Positions 48,410 to 59,216 of a stretch of DNA of 60,387 bases are shown one piece after another. The position numbers and the translations under genes were made by a program. A model generated the notes under the pieces. The model had not been told where the DNA came from. It worked only from the letters and a program-made list of their open reading frames with translations, and searched no databases. Source of the stretch: an uncultured bacterium. GTDB taxonomy: Bacteria; Zixibacteria; MSB-5A5; CAIYYT01. Location: positions 1 through 60,387 of the forward strand of contig CAIYYT010000070.1 of assembly GCA_903930455.1 (NCBI GenBank), given 5' to 3'. Position 1 is the stretch's first letter; the number at the start of each line of letters is the position of its first letter.

Positions 48410-49222
48410 ATGGCTGACACACGAGACAAAATCACGACACTTTCTTTTACGCACATGAAGAAGAAGGGCAAGAAGATTGTCTGGCTGACGGCTTATGACT
48501 ATTACACGGCCCGCGCGCTTGACGATGCCGGTGTTGATGGCATATTGGTCGGTGACTCGTTGGGCATGGTCATCTACGGCAAGAAAGATACGCTCTCCGT
48601 CACGATGGAAATGATGCTGCCTCATACGGAAGCCGTTAGCCGCGCTGTACAACACGCCTGCGTCATTGGCGATATGCCGTTCATGTCATGTCAGACTTCC
48701 GATGCTGACGCCATCCAAAACGCCGGCCGCTTTCTGTCCGAAGGCGGCGCCTCCGGTGTCAAGTTGGAAGGGGGTATTGAGATGGCGGCGCGTATTCGCA
48801 GGATCACCGAAATCGGTATACCGGTAATGGGGCACATCGGTCTGACGCCACAATCGATCAACAAGTTTGGTGGTTACAAGGTGCAGGGCAAGACCGACCA
48901 GGCCAAAAATTACCTGCTGGAATCGGCGCTGGCGTTGCAGGAAGCCGGCTGTTTCGGCATGGTGCTGGAGGCAATCAAGAGCGACATCGCCCAGAAAATC
49001 AGTCAATCGTTGGAAATCCCGACTTTCGGCATCGGCGCCGGTAGCCTCACGGATGGTCAGATCATCGTGACCAATGATATCGTCGGCGCCTGCGGCGATT
49101 TTGCGCCCAAATTTGTACGGCGATATTTCGATCTCGGAGCCAAGTTGCGCGAGGTCGCATCTCAGTTTGCCGCCGATGTTCGCAGCGGCAACTATCCAAG
49201 TGAATCAGAAAGCTACGGCTAA
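48410..49222 (+). CDS. panB: Ketopantoate hydroxymethyltransferase
   Basis: LTAYD, LVGDSLGM, DMPFMS, VKLEGG and GHIGLTPQS motifs. Confidence 0.97.
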   Translation: MADTRDKITTLSFTHMKKKGKKIVWLTAYDYYTARALDDAGVDGILVGDSLGMVIYGKKDTLSVTMEMMLPHTEAVSRAVQHACVIGDMPFMSCQTSDADAIQNAGRFLSEGGASGVKLEGGIEMAARIRRITEIGIPVMGHIGLTPQSINKFGGYKVQGKTDQAKNYLLESALALQEAGCFGMVLEAIKSDIAQKISQSLEIPTFGIGAGSLTDGQIIVTNDIVGACGDFAPKFVRRYFDLGAKLREVASQFAADVRSGNYPSESESYG

Positions 49223-49225
49223 GCC

Positions 49226-50074
49226 ATGCAGATTGTTCGCTCCGTGGCGCGGATGCAGAAACTGGCGCTCAAACTGAAGAAACAAGGCAAGACGATTGCC
49301 TTTGTTCCCACCATGGGCGCGCTGCACAGAGGACACTTGGAACTGGTCAAGAGAGCCTGCAGGATGGCCGACATCACCGTTGTCTCGATATTCGTCAATC
49401 CGACACAGTTTGCACCGCACGAGGACTTCAGTCGCTATCCGCGTAACCTCGCGTTGGACTGCAAGTTACTACGTCCGTCGGGTGTCGATATTGTCTTCCA
49501 CCCGCAACCACATGACGTTTATCCGGCAGGGTTTGACACGTATGTCGTCCCTGAGAAAATTGCCGCGATTCTTGATGGAGAATTCCGCCCGACGCATTTC
49601 AAAGGCGTTGATACTGTTGTGCTCAAATTGTTCAATATGGTTCAGTCCGATTTTGCCATTTTCGGCAGAAAAGACCTCCAGCAATCAGTCGTAATCAAGC
49701 AAATGGTCAAAGATCTGAATGTACCGGTAAAGATCGTGGTTGCGCCGACAGTGCGGGATGCCGATGGGCTTGCATTATCGTCCCGAAATACGTATCTTTC
49801 TATGGATGCGCGCTGGCGAGCGCTGACAATATCACGTTCCCTGGTTGCGGCTCGGCAATTGGTTCTATCTGGTGAACGTAATGCCGCGAAAATCAGGAAC
49901 TTTGTCCGTCGTCAACTCGTTAAAGATGCGGAAGCCGATGTGGACTACGTCTCGGTCGCGGACGCCGAAACACTAGCGGAACTGAGAGAGATTTCGGGTA
50001 GAATCGCCATCAGCCTCGCATGTTGGATAGATGGCGTGCGGCTGATCGACAATATTGTGCTGAAGGTTGGATAA
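49226..50074 (+). CDS. panC: Pantothenate synthetase
   Basis: VPTMGALHRGH, SIFVNPTQF, RPTHFKGV, FGRKDLQQ, GLALSSRN and RLIDN motifs. Confidence 0.97.
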   Translation: MQIVRSVARMQKLALKLKKQGKTIAFVPTMGALHRGHLELVKRACRMADITVVSIFVNPTQFAPHEDFSRYPRNLALDCKLLRPSGVDIVFHPQPHDVYPAGFDTYVVPEKIAAILDGEFRPTHFKGVDTVVLKLFNMVQSDFAIFGRKDLQQSVVIKQMVKDLNVPVKIVVAPTVRDADGLALSSRNTYLSMDARWRALTISRSLVAARQLVLSGERNAAKIRNFVRRQLVKDAEADVDYVSVADAETLAELREISGRIAISLACWIDGVRLIDNIVLKVG

Positions 50075-50075
50075 G

Positions 50076-50426
50076 ATGCTGCTGCAAATGTTCAAGTCGA
50101 AAATCCATCGGGCTACAATCACCGATGCTAACCTTAAGTATGAAGGCTCGTTAGAACTTGATCCCGAGTTAATGATGGCTGCCAACATCCTTGAGGGCGA
50201 GAAAGTGCAAGTCGTCAATGTTGCCAATGGCGCCCGATTTGAAACTTACACGATTAAGGGCAAGCCCGGCAGCGGCACGGTATGTCTAAACGGCCCGGCA
50301 GCTCGTTTGGGGCAGGTTGGCGATGAAGTTATCGTCATCACCTATGCCCTTTTAAGTCCCGAAGAAGCCCAGAAGTTTACACCGACAATCGTCAAGGTAG
50401 ACAAGAAAAACCGACCCCTCCGTTGA
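50076..50426 (+). CDS. panD: Aspartate 1-decarboxylase
   Basis: KSKIHRAT, YEGS self-cleavage site, NGARFETY and NGPAAR motifs. Confidence 0.97.
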   Translation: MLLQMFKSKIHRATITDANLKYEGSLELDPELMMAANILEGEKVQVVNVANGARFETYTIKGKPGSGTVCLNGPAARLGQVGDEVIVITYALLSPEEAQKFTPTIVKVDKKNRPLR

Positions 50427-51172
50427 AAAAATTCCAACATATCATCGCAGTCGTGCTTGCCGCCGGCAAAGGCAAACGGATGAAGTCTGAGTTGCCCAAA
50501 GTCCTGCAACCAATTGCCGGCAGGCCGCTAATCACGTATCTGACTGACACCCTTAAGTCGCTGGGGCTGAAACAGATTGTGCTGGTTGTCGGCCACGGCC
50601 GCGAACTGGTGCAGAGGCTCTATGAAGGGACGGACGTTGCCTTCGCAGTGCAGCATGAGCAGAAGGGCACCGCCGACGCTGTTAAATCCGCCCGTGAATA
50701 TTTCCACAAGCTGGACGGCGGAGTACTTGTCATAACCGGTGATGTTCCGTTGTTGCGATGCGAGTCGCTGGCCCGGTTGATTGACGAACACATCCAACAC
50801 GGCAACGTGGCGACGGTACTGACTTCAACGCCGCCGGATGCCACCGGCTACGGACGCATTGTACGCGACAGCGATGGCAAGGTAAAGAAAATCGTGGAAC
50901 AGGCCGATTGTACTAACGAAGAACAGAAGATTAGAGAGATCAATACCGGCATCTTCCTTTTCGACGCCCCATCACTTGATGCCGCACTGGACGAGGTTGA
51001 TCGCAATAACACTCAAGGTGAATACTACCTGACTGATGTGGTACAGATTCTGCTGCGTGAAGGCAAAACAACCGGGGCCGTAGTCCTGGACGACTATCGC
51101 GAGGCGCTGGGCGTCAACTCCGCGGAGCAGCTTCAGGAACTCGAAGCGATATTTGTTGAATTAAAACGTTGA
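50423..51172 (+). CDS. GlmU-like uridylyltransferase, N-terminal domain only
   Basis: LAAGKGKRMKS.LPKVL, GTADAV, GDVPLL, GYGRIVR, EINTG, QGEYYLTD and GVNS motifs; no hexapeptide-repeat domain. Confidence 0.88.
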   Translation: MKKFQHIIAVVLAAGKGKRMKSELPKVLQPIAGRPLITYLTDTLKSLGLKQIVLVVGHGRELVQRLYEGTDVAFAVQHEQKGTADAVKSAREYFHKLDGGVLVITGDVPLLRCESLARLIDEHIQHGNVATVLTSTPPDATGYGRIVRDSDGKVKKIVEQADCTNEEQKIREINTGIFLFDAPSLDAALDEVDRNNTQGEYYLTDVVQILLREGKTTGAVVLDDYREALGVNSAEQLQELEAIFVELKR

Positions 51173-51212
51173 CAATAAATTGGGCAAAAGATAGATTCAA
51201 GACGTATAAGCA

Positions 51213-51731
51213 TTGAGACTTGCAGGAGATCTGATTATTAAAACATTGCTGTATATAGCGAGCCTCGCGGTTGCGCTGTTGCTGCTGACGAATGTTGCTT
51301 TTGCGGCTGACACCCTGGTCAAACAGGGAACTGCCAGTTCCATCGGTACATCGACGCTTTCCAGTGCCAGTCCGCGACCGATATTCTCTCTCCTTGATCC
51401 GTCGCGCTTGCACATGACCCAGAGCTACAATCTGAGTTATGCCTCCGGCGCCGGGCAGGGAAAGATGATCGGGATGTATATCAACCAGATAGACTATCAG
51501 TTCGCCAAGCCGTTGCGGGTGTCGTTTGCAATCGCCTATCTTCATCAACCCCAGGGACTATGGGGCGCCAGCACTCAAATTGGCGGCAACAAGCTCTTGC
51601 CGAGCTTCCGTTTGGATTGGCAGCCGTCCCGGAATCTTCGTTTCATCCTAAATTACGAGACGCGTTCGCCCTATCAATTGTATTCCAATTCACCTTTTGG
51701 GAGGTATGAGTCCATTTTTGAAGACCGGTAA
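51213..51731 (+). CDS. Secreted hypothetical protein (beta-rich)
   Basis: Signal peptide ending AFA; LLDPSRLHMTQSYNLSY...Y.NQIDYQF...LDWQPS. Start uncertain. Confidence 0.7.
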   Translation: MRLAGDLIIKTLLYIASLAVALLLLTNVAFAADTLVKQGTASSIGTSTLSSASPRPIFSLLDPSRLHMTQSYNLSYASGAGQGKMIGMYINQIDYQFAKPLRVSFAIAYLHQPQGLWGASTQIGGNKLLPSFRLDWQPSRNLRFILNYETRSPYQLYSNSPFGRYESIFEDR

Positions 51732-51783
51732 CGGTGAAGTTCATTCCCCTTAAGCTTGATGCCTCAAAACAGACTGAATAGAC

Positions 51784-52305
51784 TTGAAAGCAGACCGGAG
51801 CAAATCCAAGGCGGCTAAACCGAAAGCGGGAAGCCGAATCATAGACTTCCTACTCATCGTCATTTCGTTGGCGGTGTTGGTGTTTATCGGCTCGTTTGCA
51901 CTGAAATACACACAAGGGGAGTCGGCGCCGGCGGCGCCACAGGGGCAAACACCCAACAACCAATCGTCGGTGTCTATTTCGCTGCGCATGCAAGTGCTCA
52001 ACGGCTGCGGCACGCCGGGAGTGGCTGGCCGGTTCGCCAAGTATTTGCTGGATGCGGGAAAGCCGGACTTCGCGATTGACGTTATCGACGAAAGGAACTT
52101 CGGTTCCTTCAAACAGGAGAAGACGACACTTATCGCTCGCAGAGCCGGCAGTCCGGTGGTGGAGCGCTTGGCGATGAAACTCGGATTGTCCCCGGAGCAA
52201 GTGACTTACAAGGAACTGGAAGATAACTTTTTGGACATAGACTATTCTCTTGTCGTGGGCTCAGACTATGACAAGTACTTGTCACGCTCCGTGGGCAAGA
52301 ATTAA
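51784..52305 (+). CDS. LytR C-terminal domain membrane protein
   Basis: One TM segment, then QVLNGCGTPGVA and LVVGSDY. Confidence 0.88.
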   Translation: MKADRSKSKAAKPKAGSRIIDFLLIVISLAVLVFIGSFALKYTQGESAPAAPQGQTPNNQSSVSISLRMQVLNGCGTPGVAGRFAKYLLDAGKPDFAIDVIDERNFGSFKQEKTTLIARRAGSPVVERLAMKLGLSPEQVTYKELEDNFLDIDYSLVVGSDYDKYLSRSVGKN

Positions 52306-52338
52306 CCTGATCAAGGAGAGGCAGACAGAAACTCGTTA

Positions 52339-52683
52339 ATGACTTCTCATGAGTTGGCTCACAGAATTGCTGATCTTGCGTTAGACAAGAAGGCTCTCGA
52401 CATCAGAATACTCGATCTGAGTAAACTTTCGTCGGTGTGTGACTACTTTGTGATTTGTTCCGCCGATGCTGATGTTCAGGCCAAGGCCATCGCCGACCAT
52501 ATCGCCGAAGAGTTGGAAAAAGGCGGTGAACGCTTCTGGCATCGTGAGGGCTACGGATCATTGCGTTGGGTTTTATTGGATTATGTTGATGTCGTTGTAC
52601 ACGTTTTCGTGCGGGAGGTTAGAGATTTCTACGGCTTAGAGGATTTGTGGGGCGACGCTCCGACTGAAGAAGTCGCCGCCTGA
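52339..52683 (+). CDS. rsfS: Ribosome silencing factor
   Basis: DKKALDI, DYFVICS, WVLLDYVDVVVHVF and FYGLEDLW motifs. Confidence 0.96.
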   Translation: MTSHELAHRIADLALDKKALDIRILDLSKLSSVCDYFVICSADADVQAKAIADHIAEELEKGGERFWHREGYGSLRWVLLDYVDVVVHVFVREVRDFYGLEDLWGDAPTEEVAA

Positions 52684-52761
52684 CCTCTCTCAACACCCGC
52701 GGGGGCTGGTAACCAAGAGAAAATTCAAAATATCTATACTATTCGGAAAGGACTCACGAAT

Positions 52762-54009
52762 ATGGACATTGTCGAACTTAAATCGAAGACTATCGCCGAG
52801 CTACTTAAGCATGCGGAGGAATTGGAAATTCCCGGTGTGTCCGGTCTGCGCAAGTCCGAGCTGATTTTTAAGATTCTCGAAGCCAAGACGGAGAAGGATG
52901 GTCTGATCTTTGGTGAAGGAGTACTGGAAATTCTCGATGAAGGCTATGGTTTCCTCCGTTCGGCTGACTACAACTACCTGCCGGGTCCGGATGACATTTA
53001 CGTTTCACCGTCGCAGATCAAACGGTTCGACCTGCGCACCGGCGACATTATCTCCGGTCAGGTGCGCCCTCCGAAGGAATCCGAGCGCTATTTTGCGCTA
53101 CTCAAGATCGAGGCGGTCAATTTCGAGAATCCGGAAATTGCCAAACACAAGATTCTCTTCGACAACCTGACGCCGCTATACCCCAACGAGCGCTTTCATC
53201 TGGAAACGACGCCGGAAGAAATCACCACGCGGGTGTTGGATCTGATGTGCCCGATCGGCAAGGGTCAACGAGCGCTGATCGTGTCACCGCCCAAAGCCGG
53301 TAAGACCATCATTTTGCAGAAACTCGCCAATTCCATCACCACTAATCACCCCGAATGCAAGCTGATCGTGCTATTGATCGACGAGCGCCCGGAGGAAGTC
53401 ACGGACATGAAACGTTCGGTCAAGGGGGAAGTCGTGTCATCGACATTCGACGAACCGGCGGAACGGCACGTACAGGTTGCCGAGATGGTGTTGCAGAAGG
53501 CCAAACGCTTGGTGGAGCATCAGCATAATGTCGTGATTCTGCTCGACTCGATCACCCGTCTGGCGCGCGCCCACAACTCAGTGGTACCGCATTCCGGCAA
53601 GATCCTTTCCGGTGGTGTCGATTCCAACGCCCTGCAGAAGCCGAAACGCTTTTTCGGCGCCGCCCGCAATATCGAAGAGGGTGGTTCACTTACCATCATC
53701 GGCACGGCACTGATCGAAACCGGCTCCCGTATGGACGAAGTCATTTTTGAGGAATTCAAAGGCACGGGTAACTCCGAAATCGTGCTTGACCGGCGTCTGG
53801 CCGATCGACGCATTTTCCCGGCAATGGATATTAACCGTTCATCGACGCGTAAAGAGGAACTGCTACTCGAAGCGACCGAACTATCGCGCATTTGGATTTT
53901 GCGCAAGTTCCTCGCCGACATGAACTCCATCGAAGCGATGGAATTCCTGCAAGACCGGTTAAAAAAAGCCAAGACGAACAAGAAATTCCTGGATTCGATG
54001 AAGGATTAG
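52762..54009 (+). CDS. rho: Transcription termination factor Rho
   Basis: [42 protein letters not shown] and EEFKGTGN motifs. Confidence 0.99.
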   Translation: MDIVELKSKTIAELLKHAEELEIPGVSGLRKSELIFKILEAKTEKDGLIFGEGVLEILDEGYGFLRSADYNYLPGPDDIYVSPSQIKRFDLRTGDIISGQVRPPKESERYFALLKIEAVNFENPEIAKHKILFDNLTPLYPNERFHLETTPEEITTRVLDLMCPIGKGQRALIVSPPKAGKTIILQKLANSITTNHPECKLIVLLIDERPEEVTDMKRSVKGEVVSSTFDEPAERHVQVAEMVLQKAKRLVEHQHNVVILLDSITRLARAHNSVVPHSGKILSGGVDSNALQKPKRFFGAARNIEEGGSLTIIGTALIETGSRMDEVIFEEFKGTGNSEIVLDRRLADRRIFPAMDINRSSTRKEELLLEATELSRIWILRKFLADMNSIEAMEFLQDRLKKAKTNKKFLDSMKD

Positions 54010-54392
54010 GGGACAGTCTCGTCGGCGGGAGAGCTGTGAAAAGAGGATTGGAGCGTGGCCTGGCCGACCAGAACTACTAACCGATTGCACTTTGAAGACT
54101 CGGATCACAGGCGATTCGAAGATCGCTTGTGCGCGGCGTACGTCCCCGTGCGCCACTTACTGCCATCAAATCCGCCTCCTCAATCCCGGAACAATTCCGC
54201 ACCTGCCGCTGTTGTATCTTGTGACAACGATTGATCCAACAACGGAACTGGAGTCGGAATACAGATATGAGAACGCAGACGATATCTTCCGACCCAGTTC
54301 TTCGTTTTTTGGCTCAAAATAGCTAAGCGATTACAAGACAACGAGTTGACCACAGGGAATCATGAAAAATTAGGCCTGATCGAAAGAATCAC

Positions 54393-54421
54393 TTGCCAAC
54401 AGCAGACCCTCGGAGTATAAT
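54393..54421 (+). promoter_or_regulatory. Sigma70 promoter of rpmE
   Basis: TTGCCA, 17 bp, TATAAT. Confidence 0.8.
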
Positions 54422-54459
54422 ATTCAGCTAATGTGATTGAGTTTAGGAGTGTGATTTAA

Positions 54460-54714
54460 GTGAAACCAGAAATTCATCCCAAGTATGTCAAGGTGATGGT
54501 CAAGTGCGCCTGCGGGAACGAGTTTGAGACTCGCTCTACTATCGGCAAGGCCCTTTCCATCGACATCTGCTCAGCCTGTCATCCGTTTTTCACCGGCAGA
54601 CAGAAGCTGATCGACACCGCCGGTCGCGTCGACAGATTCCGGCGCAAGTACGCCAAGCTTGATGCGGCGAAGGCCGAAGCGAAAGCCCAAGAGCAGCCCA
54701 AAGCCGATAGCTAG
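54460..54714 (+). CDS. rpmE: 50S ribosomal protein L31 (Zn-binding type)
   Basis: [23 protein letters not shown] and GRVDRF motifs. Confidence 0.97.
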   Translation: MKPEIHPKYVKVMVKCACGNEFETRSTIGKALSIDICSACHPFFTGRQKLIDTAGRVDRFRRKYAKLDAAKAEAKAQEQPKADS

Positions 54715-54729
54715 CTCAGATAATAGTAG

Positions 54730-54770
54730 AATGGCAGGAGTGGCGAAATCTACCCCTGCCATTTTGTATT
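54730..54770 (+). terminator. Intrinsic terminator after rpmE
   Basis: AATGGCAGG...CCTGCCATT stem followed by TTGTATT. Confidence 0.7.
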
Positions 54771-54882
54771 TGGGCTGAAACGCAAGCTGAGAATACCGCT
54801 CAATGAATCCGTAACATGTTTGGCGTTTGCAAGGCTTCAGCATTATTATGGGCAAGAGTAAATAGACAATCAGAGGACAGCC

Positions 54883-55830
54883 ATGTCAGACTTTCAGGTT
54901 GGTGGTCAGGCAGTTATAGAAGGGGTAATGATCCGATCCGAGACGCACATTGCAACTGCGGTGCGTCGGGCGGACAAGACGATACTGGTCAAGACCAAAC
55001 CATACACCCCGCTTTCGAAGCGCGTGAAAGCGTTCTCCTGGCCCGTCCTGCGTGGATTTGTGGCGCTCTTCGAAATGATGGGCATCGGCATTTCCTCGCT
55101 GAATTTCTCCGCCGAGACCGCCGGTCAAGATATCGATCTCCAGAATGGCAAAGAGATTACTGAAACCAAATCGAACACACTCCTGTTGATTCTCAGCGTC
55201 GTCTTCGCCCTCGGTGTCGGTGTTGCCTTCTTTTTCTTTCTACCGCTTTGGATCGCGTCGCTGTTTGGCGTTCAGAAGGACGCTCTTCTGTTTAATCTGG
55301 TCGCGGGTGGAATCCGGGTGACGATGTTTGTCATCTATGTCTGGATCCTGACCCTTTTCAAGGATTTTCGGCGCATTTTTGAGTACCACGGTGCCGAGCA
55401 CAAGACGATCTGGGCTTATGAAAAGAAAGAGGAAGTTACGGTAGAGAATGCGAGCAAGTACACGACGCTTCATCCTCGCTGTGGCACTTCATTTATCTTG
55501 ATCGTCGCGCTTTTTGCTATCCTCATTTTTGCCATTGCCGATACGATTTACCAGCTAAATGCCGGTCACCCGCCGCAACTATTCGTACGCTTCGGGGTTC
55601 ACTTGGCGCTGTTGCCTCTGGTCTCGGGGGGATCATACGAGTTGTTGAAGCTTTCCGGAAGAACTCGGGACAACCGTATCACCAAGTTCATGATCAAGCC
55701 GGGACTTTGGCTGCAACTAATCACTACGAAAGAGCCGAGTGCGGACCAGCTTGAAGTCGCAGTCGTCGCCGTGCGCGCATCGCTGGGTTTGCCGCAGAAT
55801 GTCGAAGTGCGGGAGTTGGCTGATGCTTGA
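54883..55830 (+). CDS. DUF1385 family membrane protein
   Basis: [26 protein letters not shown] and PGLWLQ..TTKEP motifs. Confidence 0.93.
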   Translation: MSDFQVGGQAVIEGVMIRSETHIATAVRRADKTILVKTKPYTPLSKRVKAFSWPVLRGFVALFEMMGIGISSLNFSAETAGQDIDLQNGKEITETKSNTLLLILSVVFALGVGVAFFFFLPLWIASLFGVQKDALLFNLVAGGIRVTMFVIYVWILTLFKDFRRIFEYHGAEHKTIWAYEKKEEVTVENASKYTTLHPRCGTSFILIVALFAILIFAIADTIYQLNAGHPPQLFVRFGVHLALLPLVSGGSYELLKLSGRTRDNRITKFMIKPGLWLQLITTKEPSADQLEVAVVAVRASLGLPQNVEVRELADA

Positions 55831-56908
55831 TCTCGTCAAATCCGTCGAAGACAAGCTGAACAAACTCTCGCAGGAACTGTCCGATCCCAAGGTGATCTCC
55901 GACAATCGTCTGTTCACCAAGCTTTCCCGAGAACACAAGGACCTGACCGAGGTGGTCACCGTTGGACAGAAATACCGCAAGCTCTTGACCACGATTGGAG
56001 AGGCACGCAAAATTATCGCTGATGCAAACGACCCGGACTTGATTCCACTGGCTGAGCAGGAGCTACAGCAATCCGAGACCGAGTTGGAGCCAATTGAAAT
56101 CAAGCTCAAGCTGTTGTTGTTGCCGCGCGATCCGAATGACGCCAAGAATGTAATTGTCGAAATCCGTGCGGGCACCGGTGGTGAGGAAGCGGGCTTGTTT
56201 GTGGCTGACTTATTTCGGATGTATTCGCGCTATGCCGATACCAAAGGTTTCAAGGTAGAGTTGTTGAACTCCAGCCCGACTGGTGTCGGCGGACTTAAAG
56301 AAGTCATTTTCTCGGTTACGGGGGAGAACGTCTTCTCCGATTTGAAATACGAATCAGGAGTTCATCGTGTTCAGCGGGTGCCTGCTACGGAAGCATCGGG
56401 CAGAATCCATACCTCGGCGGCGTCAGTTGCCGTGTTGCCGGAGGCTGACGAAGTCGATATTGCCATCAGTCCGGAAGACCTGCGCATCGACGTGTTTCGT
56501 TCGTCCGGCCCGGGAGGTCAATCCGTCAATACGACCGACTCGGCGGTGCGAATCACCCATATTCCAACCGGAACCGTGGTATCATGCCAGGATGAGAAAT
56601 CACAGCTAAAGAACAAGAACAAGGCCATGAAGGTTCTCCGTGCGCGTCTGCTCGACCACGCAGTGGCTGAGCAACAGGCGAAAATCGCCTCGGCGCGCAA
56701 GACGATGGTGGGGTCGGGTGATCGGTCGGAAAAAATCCGCACCTATAATTACCCCCAGAATCGTGTCACAGACCATCGCATTAACCTGACATTATACAAG
56801 CTTACCGATGTATTAGCAGGCGATCTGAGTGAATTCATTGCAACCCTGCATTCCAAAGATCAGGAAGAAAGACTCAAGAAGGCTGGAGAACTTGCGGAGG
56901 TGAATTGA
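55823..56908 (+). CDS. prfA: Peptide chain release factor 1
   Basis: [19 protein letters not shown] (PxT) and GPGGQSVN motifs. ATG at 55823. Confidence 0.97.
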   Translation: MLDLVKSVEDKLNKLSQELSDPKVISDNRLFTKLSREHKDLTEVVTVGQKYRKLLTTIGEARKIIADANDPDLIPLAEQELQQSETELEPIEIKLKLLLLPRDPNDAKNVIVEIRAGTGGEEAGLFVADLFRMYSRYADTKGFKVELLNSSPTGVGGLKEVIFSVTGENVFSDLKYESGVHRVQRVPATEASGRIHTSAASVAVLPEADEVDIAISPEDLRIDVFRSSGPGGQSVNTTDSAVRITHIPTGTVVSCQDEKSQLKNKNKAMKVLRARLLDHAVAEQQAKIASARKTMVGSGDRSEKIRTYNYPQNRVTDHRINLTLYKLTDVLAGDLSEFIATLHSKDQEERLKKAGELAEVN

Positions 56909-57774
56909 AACTCGTCAAAGTATTTCTCTCCTTCCTGTTTACGCTGCTTCTCTTCTGGATTACGCCCCGATTTACTCAACAGACACAACAGCGGGATTAT
57001 TTCGATTCCGAAGCTGAACGGTTCCTGATCGACCACGATGCAGTCAACCGACACTCTATTGATGACGATCCCGAGGTCACCGCTTGGGTAACCACACCTG
57101 CTGACACGTCGTCCTATCTACTTAAACTGCTCTATCGAAACGAGTCAGATACAAGCCATCTGGTTAAACTGATGGGTCAGGTCGCCGGAAGTTATGACCT
57201 GCATTCGACGACCGTCCCACACCTGCTTAAGGGGCAATCATACTATTATCATCTCGAGCTAACTACCAATGAGGGGAGACAGATCACCCGCATCCCCGAA
57301 GAACCGGGGCGGGAAATTCGTCTCTATTTCGAAGGTGCGCCCGGACTAATTCTCTGGGCAGTTCACGTCGGACTGATGTACCTCGCCGCCATGTATGGAT
57401 TCCTTTCGTTTTTCGATGCGGTCACACTGCATCGCGGCGAACGCAAGCTCGGCAAACTATCACACAAAGTGTTCATGGTAGCTCTCTTCCTGCTCTTCGG
57501 TGGCTTGGTAGCTGGCGCGTTAGTGTCGAGAAGCCGTTTCGGCTATTTTTGGGGCGGCTGGCCAATCGGGGCCAACCAGGCGCACAGCATGATCGAAATA
57601 CTGATCATCTACTGGCTCGCGCTACCGGTATTGTTCAAAGGTACCCTGTTTCGATTCAAACCGGAAAAGAACATTGTCTCCGCTGGCGGCGCAGTCGCCT
57701 TGACTTTGATCGGTGTTCTATTTATGATTGCCGTGTATCTGACTCAGGACCTGTTTGTAGGAATACCTTTGTGA
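56905..57774 (+). CDS. Hypothetical membrane protein (extracytoplasmic beta domain plus 4 TM)
   Basis: N-terminal hydrophobic segment, YYYHLE-containing soluble domain, C-terminal TM helices with WGGWP; overlaps both neighbours by 4 nt. Confidence 0.75.
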   Translation: MKLVKVFLSFLFTLLLFWITPRFTQQTQQRDYFDSEAERFLIDHDAVNRHSIDDDPEVTAWVTTPADTSSYLLKLLYRNESDTSHLVKLMGQVAGSYDLHSTTVPHLLKGQSYYYHLELTTNEGRQITRIPEEPGREIRLYFEGAPGLILWAVHVGLMYLAAMYGFLSFFDAVTLHRGERKLGKLSHKVFMVALFLLFGGLVAGALVSRSRFGYFWGGWPIGANQAHSMIEILIIYWLALPVLFKGTLFRFKPEKNIVSAGGAVALTLIGVLFMIAVYLTQDLFVGIPL

Positions 57775-59216
57775 TCGAAAACGCTCGGCAGATTGCCGAC
57801 CTGATGCGCAAGTTGACCGCAAAATCATGCGAACATGCGCACTTGCGAGTAGAGCAGATCGAATCCGAGCGGCTGTCGACGTCATCGCAGAAAACCAATC
57901 CAGTCGAGAAGTCGGTGTCGACCGGCTTCGCCGTGCGGGTTCTTAAGGACGGTTCCTGGGGATTTGCAGCTTCCTCCAAGTTTGATCCTTCCGAATACGA
58001 GCGGGTGATCAAGCTGGCCATCGCGATTGCCGACGCTTCGCGCAAGGTCAACAGTCACAAAGTCGAGTTTGCGGAGCCTTCGGTAGGAGAGAGAAAGTAT
58101 GAGACCCCTCTCGAATCTGATCCCTTTGCGCTTCCTTTCAAGGATAAGCTCGATCTTTTGCTGCACTGGGAGGACTTGATCCACGCCAACCCCCAGATCA
58201 ATTCCAGTTCGACCTTTCTTGATTTCCGTCGCCATACGAAACTGTTTTTCTCCAATTCCGGCAGTGCGATCACGCAGGTGCTGACTCACACCGGCGCCGG
58301 TGTAACCTGCGGAATTACCAAGAGCCGCCGCGAACAATATGAAAGATCGTTTCCCACTTCATCTGGCCAGTTTGTCAGCGGCGGATTTGAAGCGATTGCG
58401 AAATTCGGCATTGAGGACAAGATCGAACGGTTGACATCGGAAGCGGTCGCTCTGATGACCGCCGGCGAGTGTCCAGCCAAAACCACGACCATTATTCTGT
58501 CACCTGATCTGGCGTCATTGCAGGTGCACGAGTCGATCGGCCATCCGCTTGAACTTGATCGCGTCTTTGGCTCGGAGCGCAATTTCTCCGGTACCAGCTT
58601 TGCGACGATAGACAAATTGAACAAGCTCAAGTATGCGTCTGACATCGTCAATGTCTACAGTGATCCGACGTATACCGGCGGTCTGGCAACGTACTTGTAT
58701 GACGACGAAGGTGTCGCTGCGAGCCGGGTGCCACTGATTCAGAAAGGCATGCTGGTCGGCTATCTCAGTTCGTTCGAGACAGCCGCGCGCATCGGGCTAC
58801 CATCCTCGGCAGCGGCGAGAGCTGACGGTTGGGGGAGCATCCCGCTGGTGCGAATGACCAATCTAATCCTTGAGCCGGGTAATCAGAAATTTGCCGACAT
58901 GCTTGCAGAGGTTGATGACGGCATCTATATCGAAGGCGTTTCATCCTGGTCGATTGATGATAACCGCGATAATTTTACATTGAGCGGCGAAGTCGGCTGG
59001 GAAATCAAGAATGGCAAACTCGCAGGTATGATCAAGTCACCGAGTTACTCCGGCAACACCGTCCAGTTCTGGAATAGCTGCGATTCAGTTGGCAGTAAAG
59101 ATGACTGGGTTCTCTGGGGTACCCCGAACTGTGGCAAAGGTGAACCCGGGCAAAATGCGCGTACGGCTCAGGGCGCAGCCTATTTACGATTCCGCAATGT
59201 GAAGGTGGGAGCATGA
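57771..59216 (+). CDS. tldD: TldD metalloprotease subunit
   Basis: GFAVRVL..GSWGFAAS, VHESIGHPLELDR, YDDEG, RMTNL and NCGKGEP motifs. GTG at 57771. Confidence 0.93.
   Translation: MIENARQIADLMRKLTAKSCEHAHLRVEQIESERLSTSSQKTNPVEKSVSTGFAVRVLKDGSWGFAASSKFDPSEYERVIKLAIAIADASRKVNSHKVEFAEPSVGERKYETPLESDPFALPFKDKLDLLLHWEDLIHANPQINSSSTFLDFRRHTKLFFSNSGSAITQVLTHTGAGVTCGITKSRREQYERSFPTSSGQFVSGGFEAIAKFGIEDKIERLTSEAVALMTAGECPAKTTTIILSPDLASLQVHESIGHPLELDRVFGSERNFSGTSFATIDKLNKLKYASDIVNVYSDPTYTGGLATYLYDDEGVAASRVPLIQKGMLVGYLSSFETAARIGLPSSAAARADGWGSIPLVRMTNLILEPGNQKFADMLAEVDDGIYIEGVSSWSIDDNRDNFTLSGEVGWEIKNGKLAGMIKSPSYSGNTVQFWNSCDSVGSKDDWVLWGTPNCGKGEPGQNARTAQGAAYLRFRNVKVGA

Noticed and set aside
54092-54322. 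76-aa ORF after rho
   Set aside because: TTG start without an RBS and no recognisable motif.
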